From: an uncultured Eubacteriales bacterium
GTDB taxonomy: Bacteria; Acidobacteriota; Aminicenantia; Aminicenantales; Aminicenantaceae
DNA: 64,000 bases
Assembly: GCA_964449165.1 (NCBI GenBank)
Contig: CAYVAT010000002.1
Location: 53,436 to 117,435 of the forward strand
Reading direction: 5' to 3'
The position numbers were made by a program, and so were the translations under genes. The notes under the pieces are model-generated. The model ran no database searches and had not been told where the DNA came from. It was given only the letters and a program-made list of their open reading frames with translations. Shown here piece by piece: positions 28,104 through 37,702 of the stretch (the first letter of the stretch is position 1; every line of letters starts with the position of its first letter).

Positions 28104-29318
28104 CTAATGAATTCTCATAGCCTTCGCCGGATCGATCCGAGCCGCCCTTAAAGCAGGAAAAACACTTATTATGGACGCTGCCAGCAGAACAGTTAGGGCA
28201 GGAATAAACAGGCTGTGAGCATTCACCTGCGAATAAAATTTATTAAACTCTATCCCTCCATAGGTAAAGGAGGTATGCATAGACACGCCATGGATGGAGA
28301 GCAGGTAATTGATCAGGATGCTGAGTCCTGCTCCCACCACAATGCTGGCCACTGCTATGATATTGACCTCAACCAGCACCTGCCAAAAAATTTGCCGGGG
28401 CTTTGTCCCCAAGGCCTTCAGAACGCCGTACTCTCTGGTACGCTCCAGCACTGACATCAAAACCGTATTAAGGACTCCAACGGCTACGATGAGAATTATC
28501 ACAAAAAGCATAACCCACATTCCCTGCAGATCAGCTTTCATGGCCTGATAAAAGGATTTGGCAAATTCTTGCCAGGGATCCACGGTCAAATGGGAAGCGG
28601 TCAATTCTTGCCTTATCCTTTTGGTTAGGGCCTCCACTCGATGAAGACTCCGGACCACAATAGCGATCTCGTGAATCCTATCCCCCAGCACGAAAAGCTG
28701 TTGGGCATCACCCAGAGTAAGGTAAAAAGCCATCCGATCGCTCACCTCATCTCCACTCTCCAGGATACCGACAACCCGGTAAAGATCGTTGGCGATGGAA
28801 CCATCAGCAGCCTGAGAAACGATGACTGCTTCATCTCCCAATTGAGCATGAAGAACCTCAGCAAGCCCTTTCCCCAGAATCGCCTCTGAAGAGGAATGCA
28901 AAGAGAAAGGATTTCCTTTGATGATCTTCCTGTTAAAGCGGGTGGTTTTCTGCTCCAGGACAGGGTCGATTCCTATGACCTGGACGGCTGCGCTCTTGTC
29001 TTTGACTGATGCCAGACCGGAAGAGAACAACCGAGGAGCCCAGGCCTCGACTCCTTTCAGGTTTTGTATTTTTTTTCCAATCTGATGGTAGTCATCGATA
29101 GTCTTGTAAAGGGAAGGCTTATCCAGATAGCCCTCTCTGTGGATCTGGATGTGTCCCAAGCGGTTCCGGGTAAACATGTTGATCACATAAGCATAGGTTC
29201 CTTCTCCCCAGCCGATGGAGATGGAGGCAAGGACAAAGCCTCCGAACATGGTGAGTGCGGTTAATGTGGTTCTTCGTCTCTGACGAAGCGCATTGCGGAA
29301 AGCAATTTTCAAAGTCAT
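28104..29318 (-). CDS. ABC permease (FtsX/LolC-like)
   Basis: IAFRNALRQRRRT, LNTVLMSVLERTREYGVLKALG, PAKAMR. Confidence 0.93.
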   Translation of the reverse strand: MTLKIAFRNALRQRRRTTLTALTMFGGFVLASISIGWGEGTYAYVINMFTRNRLGHIQIHREGYLDKPSLYKTIDDYHQIGKKIQNLKGVEAWAPRLFSSGLASVKDKSAAVQVIGIDPVLEQKTTRFNRKIIKGNPFSLHSSSEAILGKGLAEVLHAQLGDEAVIVSQAADGSIANDLYRVVGILESGDEVSDRMAFYLTLGDAQQLFVLGDRIHEIAIVVRSLHRVEALTKRIRQELTASHLTVDPWQEFAKSFYQAMKADLQGMWVMLFVIILIVAVGVLNTVLMSVLERTREYGVLKALGTKPRQIFWQVLVEVNIIAVASIVVGAGLSILINYLLSIHGVSMHTSFTYGGIEFNKFYSQVNAHSLFIPALTVLLAASIISVFPALRAARIDPAKAMRIH

Positions 29319-29373
29319 CGATCTATTCTTATGGATGAGAGGAGCGGAAAGTTATTCGGGAGCTCTTCCTCCA

Positions 29374-30165
29374 TCAGGAACCCTCTTCTCTTATTCTTCT
29401 GGATCTGAGGTTTCTCAAACTGAAGATATCCGGAGGCAGCTCCACATTGAAATCTATGTCCAAATACCGGATGACTGTCCTTTGTCCTTCCTTTGTCTGG
29501 GGAACCAGCTCCATCAGCGACGGAATCTTTCTTTCTCCGAATGACTTGATGTCCTTAAAATACATCGTCCGCATCAAATTGCCTTTCTCATTGTAATATC
29601 TCTCCCAGACAGGGATGTAATCTTCGTTTCTGACTGCGACGATGACCTTCCCCCAGACTATGGGCAATCCCTCCTTGGGAATAAACTCGATGTAGAGAAG
29701 TCCCTCCTCGGCATCATCGGGAATGATAAGCTGATAGGAGTAATCATCCAGAAAGGTAAACTCTCTCACCAGATCATCGTTTGTAAAGTCAGAGCCCATC
29801 CAGGAACCCATCATCATCGAAGGGGGGATCTTCATCACTTTGTTGGTCTTAGGAAGGTAATTCCACATCTCATTCCCCACTCTCAAAGTAGCCACTCCTC
29901 TCTCCTTAGCTGGGGAAAGAATACGGATAAAGGTCTTCTCCATCTCTTCTGTCCAGGCTTTCATCTTCAGCGTCCGTTCCCAGTGAGGAGTCACAATCTG
30001 CATCTCTAGCTCAGAATAGGAGGAGCGGCTCCGATAAAGCTCATCGATCTCCTTTACAATTTTTTCAATGTCCTGCTGGGAGGAACCCTTCTCAGCCCAG
30101 AGTGAAAAAGAAAAGAGGTATACTACCCCGAGAATTAAAAGCATGGCCTTGTTTCGGATCATCAT
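29374..30165 (-). CDS. Outer membrane lipoprotein-sorting protein (LolA-like fold)
   Basis: Signal peptide; FIRILSPAKERG, MWNYLP, SWMGSDFTNDDL, DIFSLRNL. Confidence 0.85.
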   Translation of the reverse strand: MMIRNKAMLLILGVVYLFSFSLWAEKGSSQQDIEKIVKEIDELYRSRSSYSELEMQIVTPHWERTLKMKAWTEEMEKTFIRILSPAKERGVATLRVGNEMWNYLPKTNKVMKIPPSMMMGSWMGSDFTNDDLVREFTFLDDYSYQLIIPDDAEEGLLYIEFIPKEGLPIVWGKVIVAVRNEDYIPVWERYYNEKGNLMRTMYFKDIKSFGERKIPSLMELVPQTKEGQRTVIRYLDIDFNVELPPDIFSLRNLRSRRIREEGS

Positions 30166-30295
30166 TTCCTGAAGATTATTCCAGATAGAGGTCTGCTTGT
30201 CAAAATGAAATATTTATCGGCATATTGGAGAGTTTAAGCCTTCACTCTTCAAGGAAAAGAATGGCCTCTTTCTAATTAGAAAAAGAAACCACCAT

Positions 30296-32038
30296 TTATC
30301 CTCTCCTTAGCTCCTTTTCAATCTTAGCCCAGGTATCACGAAGGGAAACCGTCCGGTTGAAGACAAGCCTGTCCACAGAAGAATCCAGATCCACACAGAA
30401 ATAACCCAATCTTAGGAATTGAAATCGGTTCTCTGGTTTGGCACTTCCAAGACTAGGTTCAACCTGACATCCTGTCAGAACCTCCAGAGATTTGGGATTC
30501 AGAAGGCTCTTGAAATCCCCCTCATTTTCCCCGGCAGGATCCTCCTTCAAAAACAGCCGTTCATAGAGACGAACTTCTGCCTTGATAGAGTGAGGGGCTG
30601 AGACCCAGTGCAATGTCCCCCTCACCATGCGGCCGTCCCTGGACCATCCCCCCCTTGTCTGTGGATCATAAGTACAGTGAAGCTCAGCCACCTCTCCTGT
30701 CCGCTCATCCCTGACCACCTTCTCACATTTTATGTAGTAGGCGTGCTTAAGCCGCACCTCACGGCCTGGAGACAAACGGAACCACTTCCTGGGGGGATCC
30801 TGTCGAAAATCGTCTCGTTCAATATAGAGCTCGCGGGAAAAAGGAATTTTCCGTGTCCCCTTGCTCGTGTCTTCTGGATTATTCTCGGCATCCAGCATCT
30901 CCACCTTGCCTTGCGGGTAACTGTCGATGATTACCCGCAGCGGCTTCAAAACCGCCATTACCCGCTGGGCCCTCCTGTTCAGATCTTCACGAAGACAGTG
31001 CTCGAGCAGAGCGATATCCACCATGCTCTCTCTCTTGGCTACCCCGATGCGGTCACAAAAATTTCTGATGGATTCGGGGGTGTAACCCCGTCTCCGCAAC
31101 CCTGATACGGTGGGCATTCTAGGATCATCCCAACCCTTGACATGATTCTCCTTAACCAGCTCCAGGAGCTTCCGTTTGCTCATCACAGTGTAGCTGAGAT
31201 TAAGGCGGGCAAACTCGATCTGCTGGGGATGATGAATGCCCAGCTGATCCAGAAACCAGTCATAAAGGGGCCGGTGGTCTTCGAACTCCAAGGTACAGAT
31301 GGAGTGAGTAATTCCTTCGATAGAGTCAGATTGACCATGAGTCCAATCATAGGTTGGATAAATACACCACTTGTCTCTTGTTCGATGATGAGAGGCCCTC
31401 AGAATTCGGTACATCACAGGATCTCGCATGTTCAAATTTGGAGAAGACATGTCGATCTTGGCCCGCAGGGTACGAGATCCGTCGGGGAACTCACCAGCGC
31501 GCATACGGCGAAACAGATCCAGGCTTTCTTCAGTTGACCGATTCCGATAAGGGCTGTCCTTACCGGGCTCGGTCAATGTCCCTCTGTATTGGCGAATCTC
31601 ATCTGAGCTCAAATCACAGACATAAGCCATCCCTTTCTTGATCAACTGCTCAGCGTAATCATACAGCTTATCAAAATAGTCAGAAGCATAAAACAGCCGG
31701 TCTTCCCAGTTAAATCCAAGCCAGCGAACATCTTCCATGATTGACTGCACATACTCTTTTTCTTCCTTGATAGGGTTGGTGTCATCAAAGCGCAGGTTGC
31801 AAAGACCTTTGTATTCGGCTGCAAGACCGAAATTGAGGCAGATGGATTTGGCGTGACCGATATGAAGATAACCATTGGGTTCAGGAGGGAATCTTGTATG
31901 GACTCGACCTTCATATTTGTCTGTCCTCAGGTCCTGCTCGATGATAGTTCGGATGAAATCCAAGAAAGGAACTGATCCCTCATTGGCTCCTTTCCTAATT
32001 TCTTGTCTTTTTTTGCTGGCCCGTATGTCATCCTTCAT
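30296..32038 (-). CDS. glnS: Glutamine--tRNA ligase
   Basis: [55 protein letters not shown]. Confidence 0.97.
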   Translation of the reverse strand: MKDDIRASKKRQEIRKGANEGSVPFLDFIRTIIEQDLRTDKYEGRVHTRFPPEPNGYLHIGHAKSICLNFGLAAEYKGLCNLRFDDTNPIKEEKEYVQSIMEDVRWLGFNWEDRLFYASDYFDKLYDYAEQLIKKGMAYVCDLSSDEIRQYRGTLTEPGKDSPYRNRSTEESLDLFRRMRAGEFPDGSRTLRAKIDMSSPNLNMRDPVMYRILRASHHRTRDKWCIYPTYDWTHGQSDSIEGITHSICTLEFEDHRPLYDWFLDQLGIHHPQQIEFARLNLSYTVMSKRKLLELVKENHVKGWDDPRMPTVSGLRRRGYTPESIRNFCDRIGVAKRESMVDIALLEHCLREDLNRRAQRVMAVLKPLRVIIDSYPQGKVEMLDAENNPEDTSKGTRKIPFSRELYIERDDFRQDPPRKWFRLSPGREVRLKHAYYIKCEKVVRDERTGEVAELHCTYDPQTRGGWSRDGRMVRGTLHWVSAPHSIKAEVRLYERLFLKEDPAGENEGDFKSLLNPKSLEVLTGCQVEPSLGSAKPENRFQFLRLGYFCVDLDSSVDRLVFNRTVSLRDTWAKIEKELRRG

Positions 32039-32057
32039 GTCTCTCCTCCACAGACTC

Positions 32058-33560
32058 CTATGTTCCGCCCGATTTCATAAAATCCAGAACTTCTGAGACT
32101 CGCTGGGAACAATTTTTTATGGGTTGAGGAAACTCAAGCGTGGATCCCCTTTCTACCAGATGGATAAAGCTGTCCAGTTTCAGCCCTGATAGCCGGGCTG
32201 TCAGAGCAACCCGCAGAGGATGATAAAGGCTCTTGCCTTTGCAGCCTGTCTTGTGCTTTAAATCTTGAGTTAAGACAGTAAATTGATCATAATCGAAGCT
32301 GGAAAGCTTTGAGAGCTTCTCTGCTAAAAGAGGAATAATCCTGGAAGCACATTCTGTTTTAAGCTCCTCTTTACATTCATCGTCCATTCTGTTGGGAGAA
32401 AAATGGAAAAGGATTTCCATTTCTTGGGGAAGATCTGAAAATCTGTCCACCCGTTCTGCCAGGATTTCCACTGCCTCCTCCAGCCACTTCCAGTGAGCCC
32501 CCGTCATTTGATCCGGCACAAGCCCTGCCTTTTTCAAATGAGGATAAGCCAGCTTTGCTTTATCTGTCGTTTTAAGTCTTCGGATATGTTGGCGATTGAT
32601 CCAGAAGAGTTTTTCGTAGTCGAATATGGCAGAGGAGCGACTGACTTTGGAAAGATCGAAAAGCTCGATCAACTCCTCTCTTGTCAAGACTTCCTTGCCG
32701 TCAGGAGGAGCCCAGCCAAGGAGGGACAGATAGTTGAAGAGCGCCTGAGACAGTATGCCTTGCTTTTCAAACTGATCGACAGCAGTGGCTCCATGGCGTT
32801 TACTCAAACGGGTGTTGTCCCTGCCCATAACCATGGAAAGATGGGCAAAATGAGGCAAGCTGAGACCGAGAGCCTGGCAGATGAGAATCTGGCGGGGAGT
32901 GTTGGAGATGTGGTCTTCCCCTCTTATCACATGGGTAATCTGCATCAGCACATCATCGATAACCACGGCGTAGTTGTAGGCGGGGCGTCCGTTGGAGCGA
33001 ACAAGAATCGGATCCCCGATCAACTCCAGATCAAAAGAGAGGGTTCCCCTAACCAAGTCATGGTAGCGGATAGTCCCTTTATCAGGAGTCCGAAGTCGGA
33101 CCGTTGCCCTCTCCCCATTCTCGATTCTTTTTTTTGCTTCCTGGAGAGGGATGCTGCGACACCGCCCACTATAAACCGGCATTTTTCCAGCCGCTATAGC
33201 CTTTCTTCTTTGTTGTTCCAACTCCTGAGGGGAACAGAAACAGTAAAACGCTTTTTGCCCTTGGAGTAATTTCTGTGTGAAGTCCTGATAGATGCCGAGG
33301 CGGAGCGACTGTCGGTAGGGGCCGAATTTACCCCCCACATCAGGCCCTTCCTGCCAGTCTAATCCCAGCCAGCGGAGATCATGCTTCAGGCATTCCTCAT
33401 ACTCTTTGGTCGATCGCTCAACATCTGTATCTTCCACTCTGAGGATAAAGACTCCCCTCTTCTGGCGGGCAAAAAGCCAATTGAAGAGAGCTGTACGGGC
33501 ATTTCCCACGTGGAGGAATCCGGTCGGACTTGGCGCAAAGCGAACCCTAACTCTCTTCAT
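32058..33560 (-). CDS. gltX: Glutamate--tRNA ligase
   Basis: [30 protein letters not shown]. Confidence 0.97.
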   Translation of the reverse strand: MKRVRVRFAPSPTGFLHVGNARTALFNWLFARQKRGVFILRVEDTDVERSTKEYEECLKHDLRWLGLDWQEGPDVGGKFGPYRQSLRLGIYQDFTQKLLQGQKAFYCFCSPQELEQQRRKAIAAGKMPVYSGRCRSIPLQEAKKRIENGERATVRLRTPDKGTIRYHDLVRGTLSFDLELIGDPILVRSNGRPAYNYAVVIDDVLMQITHVIRGEDHISNTPRQILICQALGLSLPHFAHLSMVMGRDNTRLSKRHGATAVDQFEKQGILSQALFNYLSLLGWAPPDGKEVLTREELIELFDLSKVSRSSAIFDYEKLFWINRQHIRRLKTTDKAKLAYPHLKKAGLVPDQMTGAHWKWLEEAVEILAERVDRFSDLPQEMEILFHFSPNRMDDECKEELKTECASRIIPLLAEKLSKLSSFDYDQFTVLTQDLKHKTGCKGKSLYHPLRVALTARLSGLKLDSFIHLVERGSTLEFPQPIKNCSQRVSEVLDFMKSGGT

Positions 33561-33754
33561 CAGGAATCATATTAATACCCAAAAAGAACGCAGTCAAGCC
33601 GCTCTCCATCAAACATTTGTTCATCGTGAGGCCTTGTTTGTCCGTTAAACAAGAAAAAATCAAATTAGGAAAGTTAGGAAGGTCTGACCCCGACGCAACC
33701 TTTTTCTGGCTTATTACGTATATATAAATGACAGAGATGAGAAAGGAGACTAAG

Positions 33755-33940
33755 ATGAAATTCAAAACAAAAGTTGCCATTCTTCTTACTGCCGTTCTGC
33801 TGACCTTCCTGGGTTTCAATCTGATCGCATCTTCTGGCGCGGTTGAACTCGTCAAGGTCGGAAAACAAGCTGGCTATGAAATCATCTCCAACTATCTGGC
33901 CAAAGCAGATACGGCCTCTCATTATTCCTTGAAAGGATAA
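33755..33940 (+). CDS. Small exported/membrane hypothetical protein (61 aa); the same frame continues after TAA to 34075
   Basis: Strong RBS gaaaggag, signal-like N-terminus [27 protein letters not shown], downstream terminator. Confidence 0.65.
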   Translation: MKFKTKVAILLTAVLLTFLGFNLIASSGAVELVKVGKQAGYEIISNYLAKADTASHYSLKG

Positions 33941-33958
33941 GATCCAGTGAAAAAGGGA

Positions 33959-34075
33959 ATGATGAGTATCATCACCAAAATTTGGGAGTGGTTGTTCATT
34001 GATTTTGAGAGCTGCGAGCTCTCCATTTCCAGAGGCAGATTAAGCCTTTCCAGACAACCGATTCCCCTCCACTAA
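33959..34075 (+). CDS. Possible 38-aa peptide, or C-terminal part of the preceding ORF
   Basis: MMSIITKIWEWLFIDFESCELSISRGRLSLSRQPIPLH, in frame with 33755-33940; aaaggga upstream; ends 1 nt before the terminator stem. Confidence 0.4.
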   Translation: MMSIITKIWEWLFIDFESCELSISRGRLSLSRQPIPLH

Positions 34076-34076
34076 G

Positions 34077-34121
34077 AGGCTGCAGTTTTTCTCTTGGAGA
34101 AGAAACTGCAGCCTTTTTTTT
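34077..34121 (+). terminator. Intrinsic terminator
   Basis: aggctgcagtttttctc-ttg-gagaagaaactgcagcct followed by a T-run. Confidence 0.85.
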
Positions 34122-34210
34122 ATCCTTTCCTTACTTCCTTAACCCACCAATCGAATAGAAATTTCCCTTCTTAGAGATATCTCTTTGGAAACTTGCTCGC
34201 CGTTGACTGG

Positions 34211-34693
34211 CTATTCTTCCTTCTTGATCAAGACCTGTGCCCACGAAGCGATGGCTTCACTCCGCCCGATCAAGCCTATCCCTTCATTCGTCTTGGCTTT
34301 GATTCCCAAGTCTTCTTTTTGAACACCAAGAAGAGGACACAAGACACGTTTCATGCGTGAAATATGAGGACCCAGCTTTGGCTCTTCGGCGATGATTATT
34401 GAATCGATGTTTAAGATTTTGAACCCTTTCTCCCTGAGTATGTTCACCACTTCTTTAAGCAGCTTTGTACTCTGTATACCTTTGTATTTAGGGTCTGAAT
34501 CGGGAAACATCTGCCCGATGTCTTTCTCTCCCATGGCTCCCAAGAGCCCGTCGATGATAGCATGAATCAAGCAATCCCCATCGGAATGTCCAATCAGTCC
34601 CTGTGCAAATGGAATCTCTATCCCTCCCAAAATGAGCTTTCTTCTCTTTCTGAGCCGATGTATATCAAAGCCAAGCCCTGCTTTAATCAGCAA
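34211..34693 (-). CDS. ispF: 2-C-methyl-D-erythritol 2,4-cyclodiphosphate synthase
   Basis: GLGFDIH, GHSDGD, DIGQMFPD, IKAKTNEG. Confidence 0.97.
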   Translation of the reverse strand: MLIKAGLGFDIHRLRKRRKLILGGIEIPFAQGLIGHSDGDCLIHAIIDGLLGAMGEKDIGQMFPDSDPKYKGIQSTKLLKEVVNILREKGFKILNIDSIIIAEEPKLGPHISRMKRVLCPLLGVQKEDLGIKAKTNEGIGLIGRSEAIASWAQVLIKKEE

Positions 34694-35348
34694 GAAGAGC
34701 CTCCGCTATATGAATATCTCCCGGGCCCGTTATTTTGATATTTTGTGTATCTCCTTCCACAATATATACTTTCTCTCCTATCCGCTCCACCAAAGAAGCC
34801 TCATCCGTCCCGTAAAAACTGTCTTCCTTTGCTTTTCTCAAGGCTCTCTCAAGCGTTGTGTAGAAGAATCCCTGCGGTGTTTGGACCTTGAAAAGAGTCA
34901 GCCTGTCCAGCGTCCTTACCACCCTCCCTTCCTCAACCCGCTTGATCGTCTCCTCAAGAGAAAGGGCAGGGATGGCCGCACCTTTCTGCTCTGCAGCCTC
35001 GATGACCCTGGAGATCAACTCCTTCCCTACCAGAGGCCTAACTCCATCGTGAACGAGAACGATACCTGATTGATCTGGCTTAAGCTGATTAAAACCAGCC
35101 ATTACTGAGTCCTGTCTCCTTTCTCCTCCCCTGACCACTGCCACCAATTTTTTATAGCGGTTGAGGTACTTTTCCCTGAGCCAATCCTCTCTTACCACCA
35201 GGATGACCTCTGTCACCTTTATGTGTTCCTCAAAGGTCTCCAGTGTTCTGTCCAAAACAGGTTTCCCTTTCAGAAGCGCAAACTGCTTGGCGCTGCCAAA
35301 ACGTTTTCCCTCACCGGCAGCAACGATAATGGCGGAAACCTTCTTCAT
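34683..35348 (-). CDS. ispD: 2-C-methyl-D-erythritol 4-phosphate cytidylyltransferase
   Basis: AAGEGKRFG, GGERRQDSV, VHDGVRP, QTPQGF, NIKIT. Confidence 0.97.
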   Translation of the reverse strand: MKKVSAIIVAAGEGKRFGSAKQFALLKGKPVLDRTLETFEEHIKVTEVILVVREDWLREKYLNRYKKLVAVVRGGERRQDSVMAGFNQLKPDQSGIVLVHDGVRPLVGKELISRVIEAAEQKGAAIPALSLEETIKRVEEGRVVRTLDRLTLFKVQTPQGFFYTTLERALRKAKEDSFYGTDEASLVERIGEKVYIVEGDTQNIKITGPGDIHIAEALLAD

Positions 35349-36334
35349 TTTGCTTCCTCATTATAGCGTCCGAATATCATCTTGCCCACGGTGGTCTGGA
35401 GCACAGAGGTAACGGTGATGTCGATATTCTGGCCGATCATCTTCCTCGAGTTATCCACAACCACCATGGTTCCGTCATCAAGGTAGGCCACTCCTTGATC
35501 CTTTTCCTTTCCTTCTTTGAGGACAAAAACTCTCATGGTCTCTCCTGGAAGCACCACAGGCTTCAAAGCGCTGGCCAGCTCATTGATGTTGAGAACAGGA
35601 ATGCCCTGGAGTTGGGCAACCTTGTTGAGGTTGAAATCGTTGGTGATGATCTTCCCATCCAGATGCTTGGCCAGTTCAATCAGCTTGGAATCCACATCCC
35701 TGGTTTCAGGAAAATCTATTTCAGAGATAACAGTAGAGACTCGAGAGGATTTCTGAAGACGATCCAGAACCTCTAATCCCCTTCTTCCTCTCTGTCTTTT
35801 TATGCCATCGGCGGAATCCGCCACCAGCTGGAGTTCTTTAAGGATAAATTGAGGGATCACGAGAGTCCCTTCCACGAAGGCTGTATCACAGATATCTGCG
35901 ATGCGGCCATCGATAATAACGCTTGTATCGAGGATCTTGTAGCTTCGTCCCACATTTTTCTCTCTAAAAAATCGAAAGAGATAGGCCGGATCCAGCCATT
36001 CGAACTTCTGGGCTCCCACCAGAAATCCGATGTAAGGCATGATGATAAGAAAAAAGATCCTGATGAAGTAGGTAGTGGAGTTGTCTCGAGCCACAGCTTG
36101 ATAAATGGAGCCAAGCCCCCAACCCAAGAGAACTCCGGCAAAGGTGCCCACCGTTGAGCTCCAGATGATTTTAAACTGGCTTTTCCTGATCCTGGTTTCA
36201 AGGTAGGTGATGATGGCGCTGAGCAGAAAGCCGAGCACAGCTCCTTGATAGTGCGTTAGATTAAAGGGAGGAAAAAAATAACCCGTTGCCGTTATTAAGG
36301 CAACAACGATGATACGAAAAATATGCATACCCAT
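35345..36334 (-). CDS. Membrane PIN/TRAM domain protein (YacL-like)
   Basis: N-terminal TMs, LDTSVIIDGRI, RGRRGL, TNDFNLNK, QGVAYLDDGTMVVV, GKMIF. Confidence 0.95.
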   Translation of the reverse strand: MGMHIFRIIVVALITATGYFFPPFNLTHYQGAVLGFLLSAIITYLETRIRKSQFKIIWSSTVGTFAGVLLGWGLGSIYQAVARDNSTTYFIRIFFLIIMPYIGFLVGAQKFEWLDPAYLFRFFREKNVGRSYKILDTSVIIDGRIADICDTAFVEGTLVIPQFILKELQLVADSADGIKRQRGRRGLEVLDRLQKSSRVSTVISEIDFPETRDVDSKLIELAKHLDGKIITNDFNLNKVAQLQGIPVLNINELASALKPVVLPGETMRVFVLKEGKEKDQGVAYLDDGTMVVVDNSRKMIGQNIDITVTSVLQTTVGKMIFGRYNEEAK

Positions 36335-36346
36335 AATGACATTTCC

Positions 36347-37702
36347 TCAAAATATGATTCTCAAGGCCTCTCTGACATTATTGACTCCAAGCAGTTCTAG
36401 AGAGAGTCTTTCTTCCTTCTCCAATTGAGTCAGGTTCCCCTTAGGAAGGATGACTCTTTTAAAACCCAGAGAAAGGGCTTCCTTAAGCCTTGAAAGAGGC
36501 TGGCTGACCGAGCGGATTTCACCACTCAAGCCAACCTCTCCGAAGACCGAAACATCGGCTGGGATTGGTTTATTCTTGATACAGGAGACCACAGCCAAGA
36601 TGACTCCTAAATCTGTGGCAGGCTCGTCAACCTCCAAGCCTCCGGCCACATTGAGATAAATGTCCTCTCCAGCAAAGCTAAGGCCCAGCCTTCTCTCCAC
36701 AATAGCCAGCAGCATGGAAGCTCGAAAATGATCGAGGCCTATGGTCATTCTTCGCGGATTCCCGCTGAATAAGGTGGGGGAGACAAGAGCCTGTATTTCA
36801 GCCAGCAGAGGTCGCGATCCTTTGATAGTGCAGACCACCACGCTTCCCGCCTCATCGATCGGTCTCTCCTTTAAGAAGAAGGAAGAAGGATTGGGAATGA
36901 CCTCGAGACCGCGGCCACCCATCTCGAAAATAGCCAGCTCTGAAACTGGACCAAACCTGTTCTTCAGAGCCCGCAGCACGCGATAAGCATGATCCCGTTC
37001 GCCCTCAAAGTAGAGGACCACATCCACCATATGCTCTAACGATTTCGGGCCGGCTAAGGACCCTTCTTTGGTGATATGACCAATAAGGAAAGAAGAGACA
37101 TCATTCCTCTTGGCAAAGCGAAACACCTGATTGGCCACCTCCCGCACTTGACTGATGGTCCCGGGGCTTGAAGATAGTTTGGAAGAGAAAACGGTCTGGA
37201 TGGAATCCAAAACAAAGATTTGAGGCGATAATTTTTCTGCTTGAGCGATGATTCTCTCCAGGTTGTTCTCTGCCAGGAGGTAGAGCTTTCCGTTGCCAAG
37301 GCCGAGCCTTTCACCCCGAATCTTGATTTGCTCCAGGGATTCCTCCCCTGAAACATAGAAGACTTTCTCTCCCTGAGCCGAAAAATCACGGCTTAGCTGA
37401 AGCAGGAGTGTGGACTTTCCGATTCCAGGCTCCCCCCCGATTAACACCAAAGATCCCAGAACAACGCCCCCGCCAAAGACTCTATTCAACTCCTCAAGTT
37501 GTGTCTTGAATCTCTCCTTTTTTGTCTCCTTGATCTCCTCATAGAGAAGGGGCTTTGAGGGAGGAAAGGCTATTTCGGCACTCACCTCTTCCTCTACTTC
37601 TTCGATCAAAGTGTTCCACTCCCCGCAGCTGGGACATCTACCCATCCATTTGGGGGAATTAAATCCACAGTTCTGACAGATAAAAGCGGTCTTTTGCTTC
37701 AT
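36347..37702 (-). CDS. radA: DNA repair protein RadA/Sms
   Basis: CQNCG...GRCPSC zinc finger, GEPGIGKST, KNRFG. Confidence 0.97.
   Translation of the reverse strand: MKQKTAFICQNCGFNSPKWMGRCPSCGEWNTLIEEVEEEVSAEIAFPPSKPLLYEEIKETKKERFKTQLEELNRVFGGGVVLGSLVLIGGEPGIGKSTLLLQLSRDFSAQGEKVFYVSGEESLEQIKIRGERLGLGNGKLYLLAENNLERIIAQAEKLSPQIFVLDSIQTVFSSKLSSSPGTISQVREVANQVFRFAKRNDVSSFLIGHITKEGSLAGPKSLEHMVDVVLYFEGERDHAYRVLRALKNRFGPVSELAIFEMGGRGLEVIPNPSSFFLKERPIDEAGSVVVCTIKGSRPLLAEIQALVSPTLFSGNPRRMTIGLDHFRASMLLAIVERRLGLSFAGEDIYLNVAGGLEVDEPATDLGVILAVVSCIKNKPIPADVSVFGEVGLSGEIRSVSQPLSRLKEALSLGFKRVILPKGNLTQLEKEERLSLELLGVNNVREALRIIF

Noticed and set aside
32493-33269. Long antisense ORFs (258 aa here, 337 aa at 51995-53008, 233 aa at 19139-19840, and others)
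   Set aside because: They are shadows opposite well-conserved genes (gltX, relA, hisS) and carry no domain motifs.
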